A stretch of DNA of 44,633 nt. It comes from Candidatus Saccharimonadales bacterium. Its GTDB lineage: Bacteria; Patescibacteriota; Saccharimonadia; Saccharimonadales; 2-12-FULL-41-12. Position 1 is the stretch's first letter, and each line of letters opens with the position of its first letter. The stretch lies in NCBI GenBank assembly GCA_035700225.1, contig DASSOT010000053.1, forward strand, positions 1 through 44,633, read 5' to 3'. A model generated the notes under the pieces. That model worked only from the letters and a program-made list of their open reading frames with translations, did no database searches and had not been told where the DNA came from. Both the position numbers and the translations under genes were made by a program. Positions 8,582 to 18,255 of the stretch are shown piece by piece.

Positions 8582-11500
8582 ATGATTTTCAAGTTCAAAG
8601 GTGTTTCAGCAGTCAGCGATTTCCGCTTAGAAGAACTTTTGAACCAGCTCAAAGAAAAACAACCTGAAATCAGTGGCATATCAGCCGAGTATGTGCACCT
8701 GGTAGACACGAAAGACCCGCTGGACGAGCGCCAGCAGGAAACATTGAAAAATCTGCTCACTTACGGCACTCCCTACGAGTATGGCAGAGGCGGCGAGGCA
8801 TTTTTTGTAGCTCCCCGCAAGGGCACTATTTCTCCATGGTCGTCAAAAGCGACAGCCATCGCGCTTAATTGCGGTCTTAGTATCAGACGTATTGAACGGA
8901 TAACGGTATATTATGTGGAATCAACAAAAAAACTTGACCGCGAGAAGCTTGCGCCATATTTGCACGACAGGATGACGGAAACAATCCTAAAAGACATGGA
9001 TTCTTCCGAACAGCTCTTTTCAGAAGCCGAACCCCGGACACTTGTAACGATTGATATATCCACGGGCAAAGATGCGTTATTACTGGCCGACAAAGAAATG
9101 GGCCTTGCACTATCAGATGAAGAAATAGATTATCTTTATCGTTCATATAAGAAGATAGGCAGAAACCCTACGGACCTTGAACTGATGATGTTCGGCGTGG
9201 TAAACAGCGAGCATTGCAGGCACAAGATATTCAATGCAGACTGGCTCATTGACGGCAAAAAACAGCCTAAAAGCCTGTTCAAAATGATTAAAAACACTTA
9301 CGAGAACCACAGCGAGGGCGTTATAAGCGCATATAGCGATAATGCCGCGATACTGAAGGGCTACCGCGAAAAACAACTGGCCTTGAACCCTCGCTCAAAG
9401 ATATACGAGGAAAAAGAGGAAGACACGCATTTCGTAGCAAAAGTCGAAACCCATAACCACCCGACAGCCATCGCGCCGTACCCCGGCGCCGCTACCGGCT
9501 CCGGCGGCGAGATACGCGACGAAAACGCTACCGGCAGAGGCGCCAGAGCGACCATGGGACTGACAGGTTTCAGTGTTTCGAACCTGCACATACCCGGTTT
9601 TGTCCAGCCCTGGGAAGATGAACAACATCTGCCGAAAACCATATCATCTCCTCTGGAGATAATGATAAAAGGCCCCATAGGCGGCGCAAGTTTCAACAAC
9701 GAGTTCGGCAGGCCTAATACGCTGGGATATTTCCGCACATATGAGAACTATATGGCTGATAAAAGTGATGGAAAATGGGGCTATCACAAACCGATAATGA
9801 TAGCCGGGGGCGTCGGCGCCATAAAGGATGCGAATAAAGATAAGAAAAAAATACCCGCCGGCGCAAAGCTTGTCGTCTTAGGCGGACCGGCCATGCTTAT
9901 CGGGCTGGCAGGCGGAGCGGCTTCCAGCATGGAATCCGGACAGAGTTCGGCCGAACTGGATTTTGCCTCCGTACAAAGAGGCAACGCTGAAATGCAAAGA
10001 CGCGCATATGAAGTCATAAATACTTTTGCGTCTTTGGGCGCTGATAACCCTATAATCTCCGTTCATGATGTCGGAGCGGGCGGACTATCCAACGCCCTTA
10101 CCGAACTCGTGCATGATTCCGGCTTGGGCGCTCAGTTCGACCTAAGGGCTATCGACTCCGCCGAACCCGGTTTGAGCCCTATGGAGATATGGTGCAACGA
10201 AGCTCAGGAAAGATACGTCCTGGCCATAGACGAAGCTGACGTGGAAGAATTTGAAGCCGTTTGTAAAAAAGAAAGATGCCCTTATTCCATAGTCGGGAAA
10301 ACTACGAAAGAACAACAGCTTGTCATCAACGATTCATTGTTCAACAATCAGCCCGCCAATATACCGATGGAGCTTTTGTTCGGAGGCCCTCCCAAGATTA
10401 CCAAGAAGGCAGACAAGCCTGCAGTATCGAATGACATGTTTGATTCCGAAGATATAGAATTAAACGATGCCATCAAGAGAGTACTGCACATGCCGGCAGT
10501 GGGCAGTAAGAAATTTTTGATAACTATAGGCGACAGGACAGTAGGTGGCCTGATTGCGCGAGACCAAATGATAGGCCCTTGGCAGGTTCCGGTCAGCGAC
10601 GCCGCCGTATCTGCGACAAGCTTTTACAGCGATAGCGGGTCTGCCATGGCTATGGGCGAAAGGACGCCTCTGGCCACAGTGAATGCGCCGGCGGGGGCGC
10701 GTATGGCGATAGCCGAAGCCATCACTAACATCGCCTGCGCGAAGATAGCAAAACTTTCCGATATTAAATTATCCGCCAACTGGATGGCGGCCAGCGGATA
10801 CGGCTCGGAAGATTATAATCTTTTCCAGGCCGTAAAGGCTGTGGGCGAAGACTTCTGCCCCAAGCTGGACCTGACCATACCCGTAGGCAAAGATTCCCTC
10901 AGCATGCGCACCATCTGGAAAGAGGGTGATGGGCAAAAATCCGTAACCTCTCCGGTATCCTTGATAATCAGCGCTTTCGCACCCGTGAGCGATATCAACG
11001 CCACTCTCACTCCACAGCTGGAAAAAACCGAATCGGCGCTTATATTCATAGATCTTGCGGGCGGAAAAACCCGACTGGGCGGTTCCGCGCTGGCGCAGGC
11101 TTATGGTCAGATAGGTGGGGAGGTCCCCGACGCGGACAACCCGGAAATACTTGCCGGTTTCTTCGATTGCATTCAAAAACTCAGGGATAAAGGCCTGATA
11201 CTCGCATATCATGACCGTTCCGACGGCGGACTGTTCGCTTTATTAGCCGAGATGTCTTTCGCCGGCAGAAGCGGCATAAACATAGACTTGACCGGGCTTT
11301 CCGGCGATACTCTGCAAAAATTATTTAACGAAGAACTGGGAGCGGTAATCCAGGTTCCGCTCAGCAGGAAAAATGAAGTTGAAGAATTATTAAATGCCCA
11401 TGTGGGTGACAATTTTTATGAGCTGGGTAGCCTGAACTTAGAAGATAACATCGAAATAAAAGATTCCGGCAAGGTCATACTCAATGAACCGAGAAGCGAG

Positions 11501-12436
11501 CTGGAAAGCATCTGGGCCGAAACAAGTTTTCATCTACAGAAAATAAGGGATGACGGCGAGTGCGCCCGCCAGGAATATGAGCTCATAAAAGATATTACCG
11601 ACCCGGGCATAAACCCCAGGCTTACCTTCGATTTCAAACAGAAGGAATATTCCAAAAAACCGAAAGTAGCAATCCTGCGCGAAGAAGGCGTGAACGGGCA
11701 GAACGAAATGGCCGGGGCCTTCAATATGGCCGGTTTCACGGCAGTAGACGTACACATGCAGGATCTTATAAAAGGCGCTTCTGATTTGAGTGAATTCAGG
11801 GGTCTGGCCGTCTGCGGAGGGTTTTCTTACGGGGATGTACTGGGTGCCGGCCAAGGATGGGCCAAAGGGGTACTTTATGATGAGCGTCTAAAAGCTATGT
11901 TCAAAGATTTCTTTGGAAGGCCGGACACATTCAGCCTGGGCGTATGTAACGGCTGTCAGATGCTGTCCGGGCTCAAAGAGCTTATACCCGGTGCCGGACA
12001 CTGGCCACAATTTTTGAAAAACAAGTCCGAACAGTTCGAAGCCAGGCTGGTAAGCGTAAAAATTAATGAATCGCCATCTATATTTTTCAAAGGTATGGAG
12101 GGGTCGGTTCTGCCCGTGCCGGTATCACACGGCGAGGGCAGGGCGGTTTTTGAAAATGCGTCCGGACCGAAAAATGTAGTGTCAGAAGCCCTCGCGCCGC
12201 TTCAATTCGTAGACAACCGCCATGAAATAACAGGAACCTATCCGCTGAATCCTAACGGATCCGAACTTGGAATAACCGCATTGAGCTCAAAAGACGGTAG
12301 GGCGCTCATCATGATGCCCCACCCCGAAAGGGCGTTCTTAAGCTATCAGCATTCCTGGCACCCGAAAGATTGGCCGAGAACCAGCCCGTGGCTTAGAATT
12401 TTTCAAAACGCGAGGGACTGGGTTGATGAAGCGTAA
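8582..12436 (+). CDS. purL: Phosphoribosylformylglycinamidine synthase, single-chain large form (PurL with fused PurS-like and glutaminase domains)
   Basis: 1284 aa. N-terminal PurS-like domain and duplicated AIRS-type synthetase core (NSEHCRHKIF, ETHNHPTAI). C-terminal class I glutaminase with GVCNGCQM nucleophile and MPHPER. Confidence 0.95.
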   Translation: MIFKFKGVSAVSDFRLEELLNQLKEKQPEISGISAEYVHLVDTKDPLDERQQETLKNLLTYGTPYEYGRGGEAFFVAPRKGTISPWSSKATAIALNCGLSIRRIERITVYYVESTKKLDREKLAPYLHDRMTETILKDMDSSEQLFSEAEPRTLVTIDISTGKDALLLADKEMGLALSDEEIDYLYRSYKKIGRNPTDLELMMFGVVNSEHCRHKIFNADWLIDGKKQPKSLFKMIKNTYENHSEGVISAYSDNAAILKGYREKQLALNPRSKIYEEKEEDTHFVAKVETHNHPTAIAPYPGAATGSGGEIRDENATGRGARATMGLTGFSVSNLHIPGFVQPWEDEQHLPKTISSPLEIMIKGPIGGASFNNEFGRPNTLGYFRTYENYMADKSDGKWGYHKPIMIAGGVGAIKDANKDKKKIPAGAKLVVLGGPAMLIGLAGGAASSMESGQSSAELDFASVQRGNAEMQRRAYEVINTFASLGADNPIISVHDVGAGGLSNALTELVHDSGLGAQFDLRAIDSAEPGLSPMEIWCNEAQERYVLAIDEADVEEFEAVCKKERCPYSIVGKTTKEQQLVINDSLFNNQPANIPMELLFGGPPKITKKADKPAVSNDMFDSEDIELNDAIKRVLHMPAVGSKKFLITIGDRTVGGLIARDQMIGPWQVPVSDAAVSATSFYSDSGSAMAMGERTPLATVNAPAGARMAIAEAITNIACAKIAKLSDIKLSANWMAASGYGSEDYNLFQAVKAVGEDFCPKLDLTIPVGKDSLSMRTIWKEGDGQKSVTSPVSLIISAFAPVSDINATLTPQLEKTESALIFIDLAGGKTRLGGSALAQAYGQIGGEVPDADNPEILAGFFDCIQKLRDKGLILAYHDRSDGGLFALLAEMSFAGRSGINIDLTGLSGDTLQKLFNEELGAVIQVPLSRKNEVEELLNAHVGDNFYELGSLNLEDNIEIKDSGKVILNEPRSELESIWAETSFHLQKIRDDGECARQEYELIKDITDPGINPRLTFDFKQKEYSKKPKVAILREEGVNGQNEMAGAFNMAGFTAVDVHMQDLIKGASDLSEFRGLAVCGGFSYGDVLGAGQGWAKGVLYDERLKAMFKDFFGRPDTFSLGVCNGCQMLSGLKELIPGAGHWPQFLKNKSEQFEARLVSVKINESPSIFFKGMEGSVLPVPVSHGEGRAVFENASGPKNVVSEALAPLQFVDNRHEITGTYPLNPNGSELGITALSSKDGRALIMMPHPERAFLSYQHSWHPKDWPRTSPWLRIFQNARDWVDEA

Positions 12437-12441
12437 CCTGC

Positions 12442-12470
12442 TTGACGAAAGTCATCTTCGACTCTAGGCT
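12442..12470 (+). promoter_or_regulatory. Sigma70-like promoter TTGACG-17-TAGGCT, 6 nt upstream of the trehalase ATG
   Basis: Read directly. The spacing leaves no room for a 5' UTR or SD. Confidence 0.45.
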
Positions 12471-12476
12471 AAAGAA

Positions 12477-13754
12477 ATGGTTATCAACAGGGCAAAAAAA
12501 ATAAAATCCAGACTACAGAACATAGGTGCAGGCCCGAGCTATAAGAACCTGAGCCTGAATGATGCCCAGCCGGCGCTTGATTATATCCAATCTTATTGGC
12601 ACAAGCTTGAAAGATACCACCCCAAGGATGAAGGTAATCTGATAGGCCTGCCCAAACCATTTTTGGTTCCTTCCTTCGAAGAAGGCCACGAGTTCGATTA
12701 TAACGAGCTTTATTACTGGGACAGTTATTTCATGGTGCAAGGCCTTTTGGACGACAAGCACAAGGATCTTGTCCTGGGGATATTGGATGACCTTATATAC
12801 CTTTTCGAAAGATTCAACATCATACCCAACGCTTCCAGGCTATACCTTACCAGCCGTTCCCAGCCGCCTTTTCTGACCAGTTTCATCTGGGACATACATA
12901 ATGCCTATGTTATGGACAAAAAATGGCTGGGTGAAAAACTCGCGGTTGCAGAAAGAGAGTACGAAACTGTCTGGATGGGAACGCAGAAGCCAAACGCCCG
13001 CCAAGTATACAAAGGGCTCAGCAGGTATTACGACTTCAACTACCTGAATGACATCGCTGAAACGGAAAGCGGCTGGGACATGACGCCCAGATTCGGGCGC
13101 AAAGCTCTGGATTATCTGCCCGCAGACCTGAACGCGCTTCTATATAAATACGAGATGGATTTTGCCCGCTACTACGAGCTCATCGGCAACCATTCCACCA
13201 TGCATAAATGGAAACAAAAAGCTCACGTCCGCAAGAAAAATATGGACCAGCTGATGTGGAACGGCATAAAGTCGCAATATTATGATTACAACTACGTCAA
13301 AAAACGCCGGGGTACGGTCAACTCTCTGGCAAGCTACTATCCCATGTGGGCCAAGATGGCCAACAAAGAACAAGCCAGGAAGCTGGTAAGGGCGCTTAAG
13401 CGCTATGAGCACGAAGGAGGCTTGTCCACCACTGACACCATACAACTGACAAAGTTCGTACCGGGCGTTACCATGACGCCTACGCAATGGGCTTATCCCA
13501 ACGGCTGGGCGCCTCTGCATTTCTTGATAATCAAAGGTTTGGAAAATTACGGTTACCACGATGATGCGCGCAGGATTGCTTTGAAATGGCTGAAAACCAA
13601 TCTCGACTGGTTCAACACGCATGGCGTATTCCTGGAAAAATACAATGTGATAACTCCGAAAAATCCGCCCGAGAAGGGGCTGTACCCTTCACAGACCGGT
13701 TTCGGCTGGACCAATTCGGTATTTACATACCTCGCCAACAAATATCTGGAATGA
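12477..13754 (+). CDS. Alpha,alpha-trehalase (GH37), no signal peptide
   Basis: GH37 signatures: YYWDSYF, RSQPPFL, ETESGWDMTPRF, QWAYPNGWAPLH, GFGWTNSV. The N-terminus is hydrophilic. Confidence 0.85.
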   Translation: MVINRAKKIKSRLQNIGAGPSYKNLSLNDAQPALDYIQSYWHKLERYHPKDEGNLIGLPKPFLVPSFEEGHEFDYNELYYWDSYFMVQGLLDDKHKDLVLGILDDLIYLFERFNIIPNASRLYLTSRSQPPFLTSFIWDIHNAYVMDKKWLGEKLAVAEREYETVWMGTQKPNARQVYKGLSRYYDFNYLNDIAETESGWDMTPRFGRKALDYLPADLNALLYKYEMDFARYYELIGNHSTMHKWKQKAHVRKKNMDQLMWNGIKSQYYDYNYVKKRRGTVNSLASYYPMWAKMANKEQARKLVRALKRYEHEGGLSTTDTIQLTKFVPGVTMTPTQWAYPNGWAPLHFLIIKGLENYGYHDDARRIALKWLKTNLDWFNTHGVFLEKYNVITPKNPPEKGLYPSQTGFGWTNSVFTYLANKYLE

Positions 13755-13774
13755 ACGCCCAGCGTATCTTAAGC

Positions 13775-13780
13775 TACAAT
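13775..13780 (+). promoter_or_regulatory. -10 box TACAAT, 7 nt upstream of the helicase ATG
   Basis: TACAAT-aatattg-ATG. The -35 is weak (TGAACG). Confidence 0.35.
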
Positions 13781-13787
13781 AATATTG

Positions 13788-16700
13788 ATGTCTGATTTCG
13801 AGGAAGAATACGCGCGTCTGAACAAAGACCAGAAAAAGGCGGTGGATATTACGGAAGGCCCGATGATCGTGCGGGCAGGGCCGGGAACGGGCAAGACCCA
13901 GTTGCTCAGCATGAGAGTGGCAAACATTCTTAAAAAGACGGATTCAGCCCCCGGAAATATCCTGTGTCTGACATTCACCGACAATGCGGCGCGCAATATG
14001 CGCGAAAGGCTGGCGGGTATAATCGGCCAGCCCGCATATCATGTCTTCATACACACCTTCCATAGTTTCGGAACCGAAATCATAAACCGCTATCCGGACT
14101 ATTTCAGCAGAAGGCAATTGCTTCAGCAGGTTGACGAACTGGGCCAATACGAACTGCTCCAGGAAATATTCGAACAAATGCCACACAGCAATCCTTTAAG
14201 TGTAAAAGTAGGCGAGCAGTTCATACACCTGAAAAGCACGCTGGATGTCATAAGCTGGCTCAAGCGCAATGCCATAGCGCCTGTTGAGTTGCACGAAATC
14301 TTAAACGCGAACCATGAGTTCATGGAAAAGACGACTGAAAAGCTGGCAGAAGTTTTTGTCGATACACCGACGCCTAAATACCTGAAAGCTTACGGCGAAC
14401 TGCTTAAAAATATCCAGGCAAACCTGCTTGGGAAAGAATATTTCGGTTTCGTCGAGTACGGCTTGATATGCGCCGGCGAACTGGAAACCGCGATTAACTC
14501 GACTGCTCCGGACGGACGCTTTGCGAAAGAAATAACAGCTTGGCGCAACAGGTGGTGCAAAAAGGATTCTGATGGAAAACATGTTTACAAGGACGGCGGG
14601 CAAAATTATCGCAAAATGCACGCCGTTGCCAATGCTTATCAGAAAATGCTGGATATGATGTCAGAACGCGGCCTTTATGATTTTGACGACATGGTGATAG
14701 AAGCGGTGCATGCGATGGAAGTAAACGATGAACTGCGGCTTAACCTGCAGGAGCAGTTCCAATACGTTCTGGTGGACGAGTTCCAGGACACAAATAAATC
14801 ACAGCTCCGCATGCTTACTGCACTGGGAAGCAATCCGGTGCACGAGAACCGCCCTAACATAATGGTAGTCGGCGATGATGACCAGGCGATTTACTCATTC
14901 CAGGGCGCTGACATTTCCAATATGGCTATGTTCAACGGGATGTATTCTGCTCCGGAAATAATCATTTTGCGCGAAAATTACCGTTCGAATTCGGAAATAC
15001 TCAGAGCCTCGGAAGCAATATCCGGACAGATAACCGACAGGATTTTTGCCGACGGCAAGGAGCTGGAAGCTAAAAAAAGATATGATACCAATGTTCTAAG
15101 GCATACGAACTTCGTAAGCGAGCTGGCGCAATACGATTGGGTCGGCGATGAAATAAACAAGCTTATCAAGGCAGGCACAAAACCCGATGAAATAGCTGTA
15201 ATCGCCCCTAGGCACAAATATCTGGAGCGCCTGATGCCCTATCTGGGCGATAGGGACATACCCGTAGCTTACGAGCGCAGAGAGAACATCCTAGAGGCCC
15301 CGGTGGTCAAACAACTTCTCACCATGTCGGAACTGGTCGTAGCTATAGCCGGCAACCGGCAAGGGGACATAGACGGGCTTATTGCAGAAGTACTGGGCTA
15401 TGATTTCTGGCAGATTCCTGGCGAAGAGCTTATTCAAACCAGCCTTGAGTGCTACGACAAGCACGAACACTGGATGGCGGTACTTGCCAACCACAAGAAT
15501 AAGAAGCTGAAAGAGATTTCTTTGTGGTTTGCAGACCTTGCCCGGCGTAGCAAATTGGAGCCTATGGAATACATAATCGACCAGCTCATAGGTGCGCCTG
15601 CCGGAACGATTAACGGCAAGGAGAAATTTTCCTCGCCTTTGCGAGCTTATTACTTCAATCCTGAACGCTACGAACATTCCACGGACTTATTCCTGACACT
15701 TCTCGGACAGCTTTCCACCCTAAGAAACCGCCTTCGACAATGGAAGCCCAATAAGACTCTTTATATAAATGACTTTGTTGAGTTCAGCGAGCTTCACAAC
15801 AAAGCGAAGCTTAAGATAATCGATACCAACCCGCATACTCAAACTACCAATGCTGTACAAGTCATGACCGTCTATAAGGCCAAAGGGCTTGAGTTCGAGG
15901 CCGTATTCGTCATAAATGCCCAGGATGAAGTCTGGGGCCCTACGGTACGAAGCCAAAATTCCAGAATAACCTTGCCGAAGAATCTGCCTATAAAGCCGGC
16001 AGGTGAAGCTGACAATGACAAACTGCGTCTGCTGTTCGTAGCTTTGACCCGCGCCAAACATACGCTATATATAACCAGCTATAACAACACCCTCGACAAC
16101 AAACCTTCGCCGGCACTCAGCTTTCTGATGGACACAAAAGACGGCGGCAAACCTATACATCCCGCCTTCAACCCGAAAAACATAGACAAGCCGGTTTCCG
16201 AACATTCTATAGAAATACTTTCTACGGACTGGGCATACAGGTTCCGGCAGGTGATTGCCGACAAAAAAACCCTGTTCGAGCCAATATTAGCCAACTATAA
16301 ATTAAGCGTCACGCATCTTAACAATTTTCTGGATGTAAGAGAAGGCGGGCCTGATTACTTTTTCCTGCATAATCTGCTCCGCTTTCCGGAAGCATTGTCG
16401 CCTTCGGCGGCTTACGGCGATGCGGTCCATAAGACATTCCAGTGGGCGCATACGCAACTGCGCGTAAATGGCAAACTGCCCCAGACAATCAAGATCGAGG
16501 AATACTTCGCTGACATCCTAAGCAGAAAGCACCTGAAGAAAACCGACCACAAGAAGATGGAACAAAGAGGCAGGACAGCGCTGAAATTTTATTTTTCAAA
16601 AAAGGGAGGGGAGCTTAAGCCTGCCGACATCGTAGAGCGCGGTTTCAACAACGAGGGCGTCGTGGTAGGAGGAGCTAATCTAAGTGGAAAGATAGACAAA

Positions 16701-17096
16701 CTTAGTCTTATCGAAGCGGGCAAGGTAGAAGTGGTTGATTTCAAAACCGGCAAACCGGCTAAATCATGGCAGGGCCGTGATGAGCATGAAAAGATAAAGC
16801 TGTATAAATATAAACAACAGCTTATGTTTTATAAACTGCTCGTAGAGCATTCCGCAAGCTTCAGCAAAAAACTCACCGTAGCCGGCGGCGCACTGGAATT
16901 CATCGAGCCGGACGAAAACGGCAGGCTAGTTGATAACTTAGAGCTGTCAATCGACCCTACCGAACTATCCGTTTTTGTCCAACTTATAAATGCAGTCTGG
17001 GTTAAAATAATTAACCTGGATTTTCCTGATGTATCCCGATATCCGAAGAATCTGCGCGGTATAAAGGAGTTTGAGCACGACCTGCTTAAAAAGTAG
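13788..17096 (+). CDS. UvrD/PcrA-type SF1 helicase fused to a C-terminal PD-(D/E)XK (RecB-like) nuclease
   Basis: Helicase motifs: AGPGTGKTQ (Walker A), VLVDEFQDTN (II), MVVGDDDQAIYSFQGA (III), ENYRS (IV), TVYKAKGLEFEAVFV (V), LLFVALTRAK (VI). The C-terminal part has GKIDKL...VEVVDFKTGKP...YKQQLMFYKLL. ATG at 13788 is preferred over the in-frame TTG at 13785. Confidence 0.85.
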   Translation: MSDFEEEYARLNKDQKKAVDITEGPMIVRAGPGTGKTQLLSMRVANILKKTDSAPGNILCLTFTDNAARNMRERLAGIIGQPAYHVFIHTFHSFGTEIINRYPDYFSRRQLLQQVDELGQYELLQEIFEQMPHSNPLSVKVGEQFIHLKSTLDVISWLKRNAIAPVELHEILNANHEFMEKTTEKLAEVFVDTPTPKYLKAYGELLKNIQANLLGKEYFGFVEYGLICAGELETAINSTAPDGRFAKEITAWRNRWCKKDSDGKHVYKDGGQNYRKMHAVANAYQKMLDMMSERGLYDFDDMVIEAVHAMEVNDELRLNLQEQFQYVLVDEFQDTNKSQLRMLTALGSNPVHENRPNIMVVGDDDQAIYSFQGADISNMAMFNGMYSAPEIIILRENYRSNSEILRASEAISGQITDRIFADGKELEAKKRYDTNVLRHTNFVSELAQYDWVGDEINKLIKAGTKPDEIAVIAPRHKYLERLMPYLGDRDIPVAYERRENILEAPVVKQLLTMSELVVAIAGNRQGDIDGLIAEVLGYDFWQIPGEELIQTSLECYDKHEHWMAVLANHKNKKLKEISLWFADLARRSKLEPMEYIIDQLIGAPAGTINGKEKFSSPLRAYYFNPERYEHSTDLFLTLLGQLSTLRNRLRQWKPNKTLYINDFVEFSELHNKAKLKIIDTNPHTQTTNAVQVMTVYKAKGLEFEAVFVINAQDEVWGPTVRSQNSRITLPKNLPIKPAGEADNDKLRLLFVALTRAKHTLYITSYNNTLDNKPSPALSFLMDTKDGGKPIHPAFNPKNIDKPVSEHSIEILSTDWAYRFRQVIADKKTLFEPILANYKLSVTHLNNFLDVREGGPDYFFLHNLLRFPEALSPSAAYGDAVHKTFQWAHTQLRVNGKLPQTIKIEEYFADILSRKHLKKTDHKKMEQRGRTALKFYFSKKGGELKPADIVERGFNNEGVVVGGANLSGKIDKLSLIEAGKVEVVDFKTGKPAKSWQGRDEHEKIKLYKYKQQLMFYKLLVEHSASFSKKLTVAGGALEFIEPDENGRLVDNLELSIDPTELSVFVQLINAVWVKIINLDFPDVSRYPKNLRGIKEFEHDLLKK

Positions 17097-18126
17097 CGCT
17101 TGAGGAATCAGCCTTGCTTGGCTCGTTTGCTTTGGTTATATAAACCGGCAGGGTGCCGTCGGTCAGGGTTGTCGCTGTAGAAAGGGTGTAGACGAGCATT
17201 GATACGAACGCCGCTCTTCTATCTTTTTCATCTTCATATCTTCGGTTAGCTATCTTAAATAACCTGGGTATATCCACGCCGAAAGCCTGCGCGACATTAC
17301 CTGTTTTTTCGCGTATCAACTGCTGGTTTATAGTCATGTTTTCTACAAGGTTAAGGACTACGGCTACTTCCCGGTGACCTTCCTTGTTGTCCAGCTCTTT
17401 TACAACTTTATTGTCATCAGCGGCTACATCTATTATTTCTGAACCTGCATGGTCCTCGTTGGGCTGTTCGTCGTGGTATCTTTGGTAATTACCGAACACC
17501 TCGTCCAACGCACCCTTCATGTTTTCATCATATCCGCCGAAAACGTATCCGCTGACAGCCTCTATCGTCTGCTCTATACGATTCCTATATTTTATAGCGT
17601 TAGCGATGTTGAGCGGAGCTTGGTCAATAGCACCGCAACCGGAGTTCTTTTCACCGAAATCTTCATCTATATGCGCGCCATAATCAATACCGTAATGTTT
17701 GAATGCGTCGGCTTCAAGTGAATACTCTTCTTTCAGTATCTTTTTAGCACTGCCCAGTCCGATACGGGCCGCGACGCCCATCGTAAGGCCGCCGCCGAAA
17801 ACTTTGGCCCGATGTAGCGACTTTTTCAAAACGTCCATGCCGCGCATAACCATATTTACTCCGCGTCCATCACCGCAACCGTCATCGGTTATAAGCTGAC
17901 CGCTATCATCCCTGTCGATGGGAACCAGTATTTCGCCGTTCCTTATCTCGTCATCCACAGCCTCCATTACCTCGGGGGTAAGGGCATCTCCAGCATCCTG
18001 CAGGCGCTTATCTACCGATATGGAGCCTTCGCCGAAGCCAAGTCCTTCGGGGGCCAGCACGTCTACTTCATACATCTTTTCTTTCTTTTGTTCGCCTATC
18101 GCCAATCTGTTACCTGCTTCTTCCAT
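17086..18126 (-). CDS. Hypothetical protein (346 aa) with a Cys motif pair
   Basis: Long ORF with acidic, non-repetitive composition. C84-G-D-G-R88 and S-G-C164-G-A motifs. No family recognised. Its 3' end overlaps the helicase 3' end by 11 bp (convergent). Confidence 0.6.
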   Translation of the reverse strand: MEEAGNRLAIGEQKKEKMYEVDVLAPEGLGFGEGSISVDKRLQDAGDALTPEVMEAVDDEIRNGEILVPIDRDDSGQLITDDGCGDGRGVNMVMRGMDVLKKSLHRAKVFGGGLTMGVAARIGLGSAKKILKEEYSLEADAFKHYGIDYGAHIDEDFGEKNSGCGAIDQAPLNIANAIKYRNRIEQTIEAVSGYVFGGYDENMKGALDEVFGNYQRYHDEQPNEDHAGSEIIDVAADDNKVVKELDNKEGHREVAVVLNLVENMTINQQLIREKTGNVAQAFGVDIPRLFKIANRRYEDEKDRRAAFVSMLVYTLSTATTLTDGTLPVYITKANEPSKADSSSATF

Positions 18127-18255
18127 TATTAAACAAACCGATACGGCCGTAAGGATGCATCGGCTTTGTTCCTTTCTTAATTATTTATATTTACTCAAAC
18201 GATAGATAAATATACTCTCGTTTTAAGCCTAAATCAATAGCAAAATTCATTAATT

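Noticed and set aside
8173-8760. 195-aa minus-strand ORF spanning the purM/purL junction
   Set aside because: It overlaps two well-supported plus-strand genes and their intergenic promoter region, and has no motifs.
17086-18126. Annotating the 346-aa orphan as a beta-carbonic anhydrase
   Set aside because: Only the CxDxR and CG dipeptide patterns match. The HxxC histidine is absent, the spacing is about 20 residues too long, and the rest of the protein does not resemble the family as far as I can judge.
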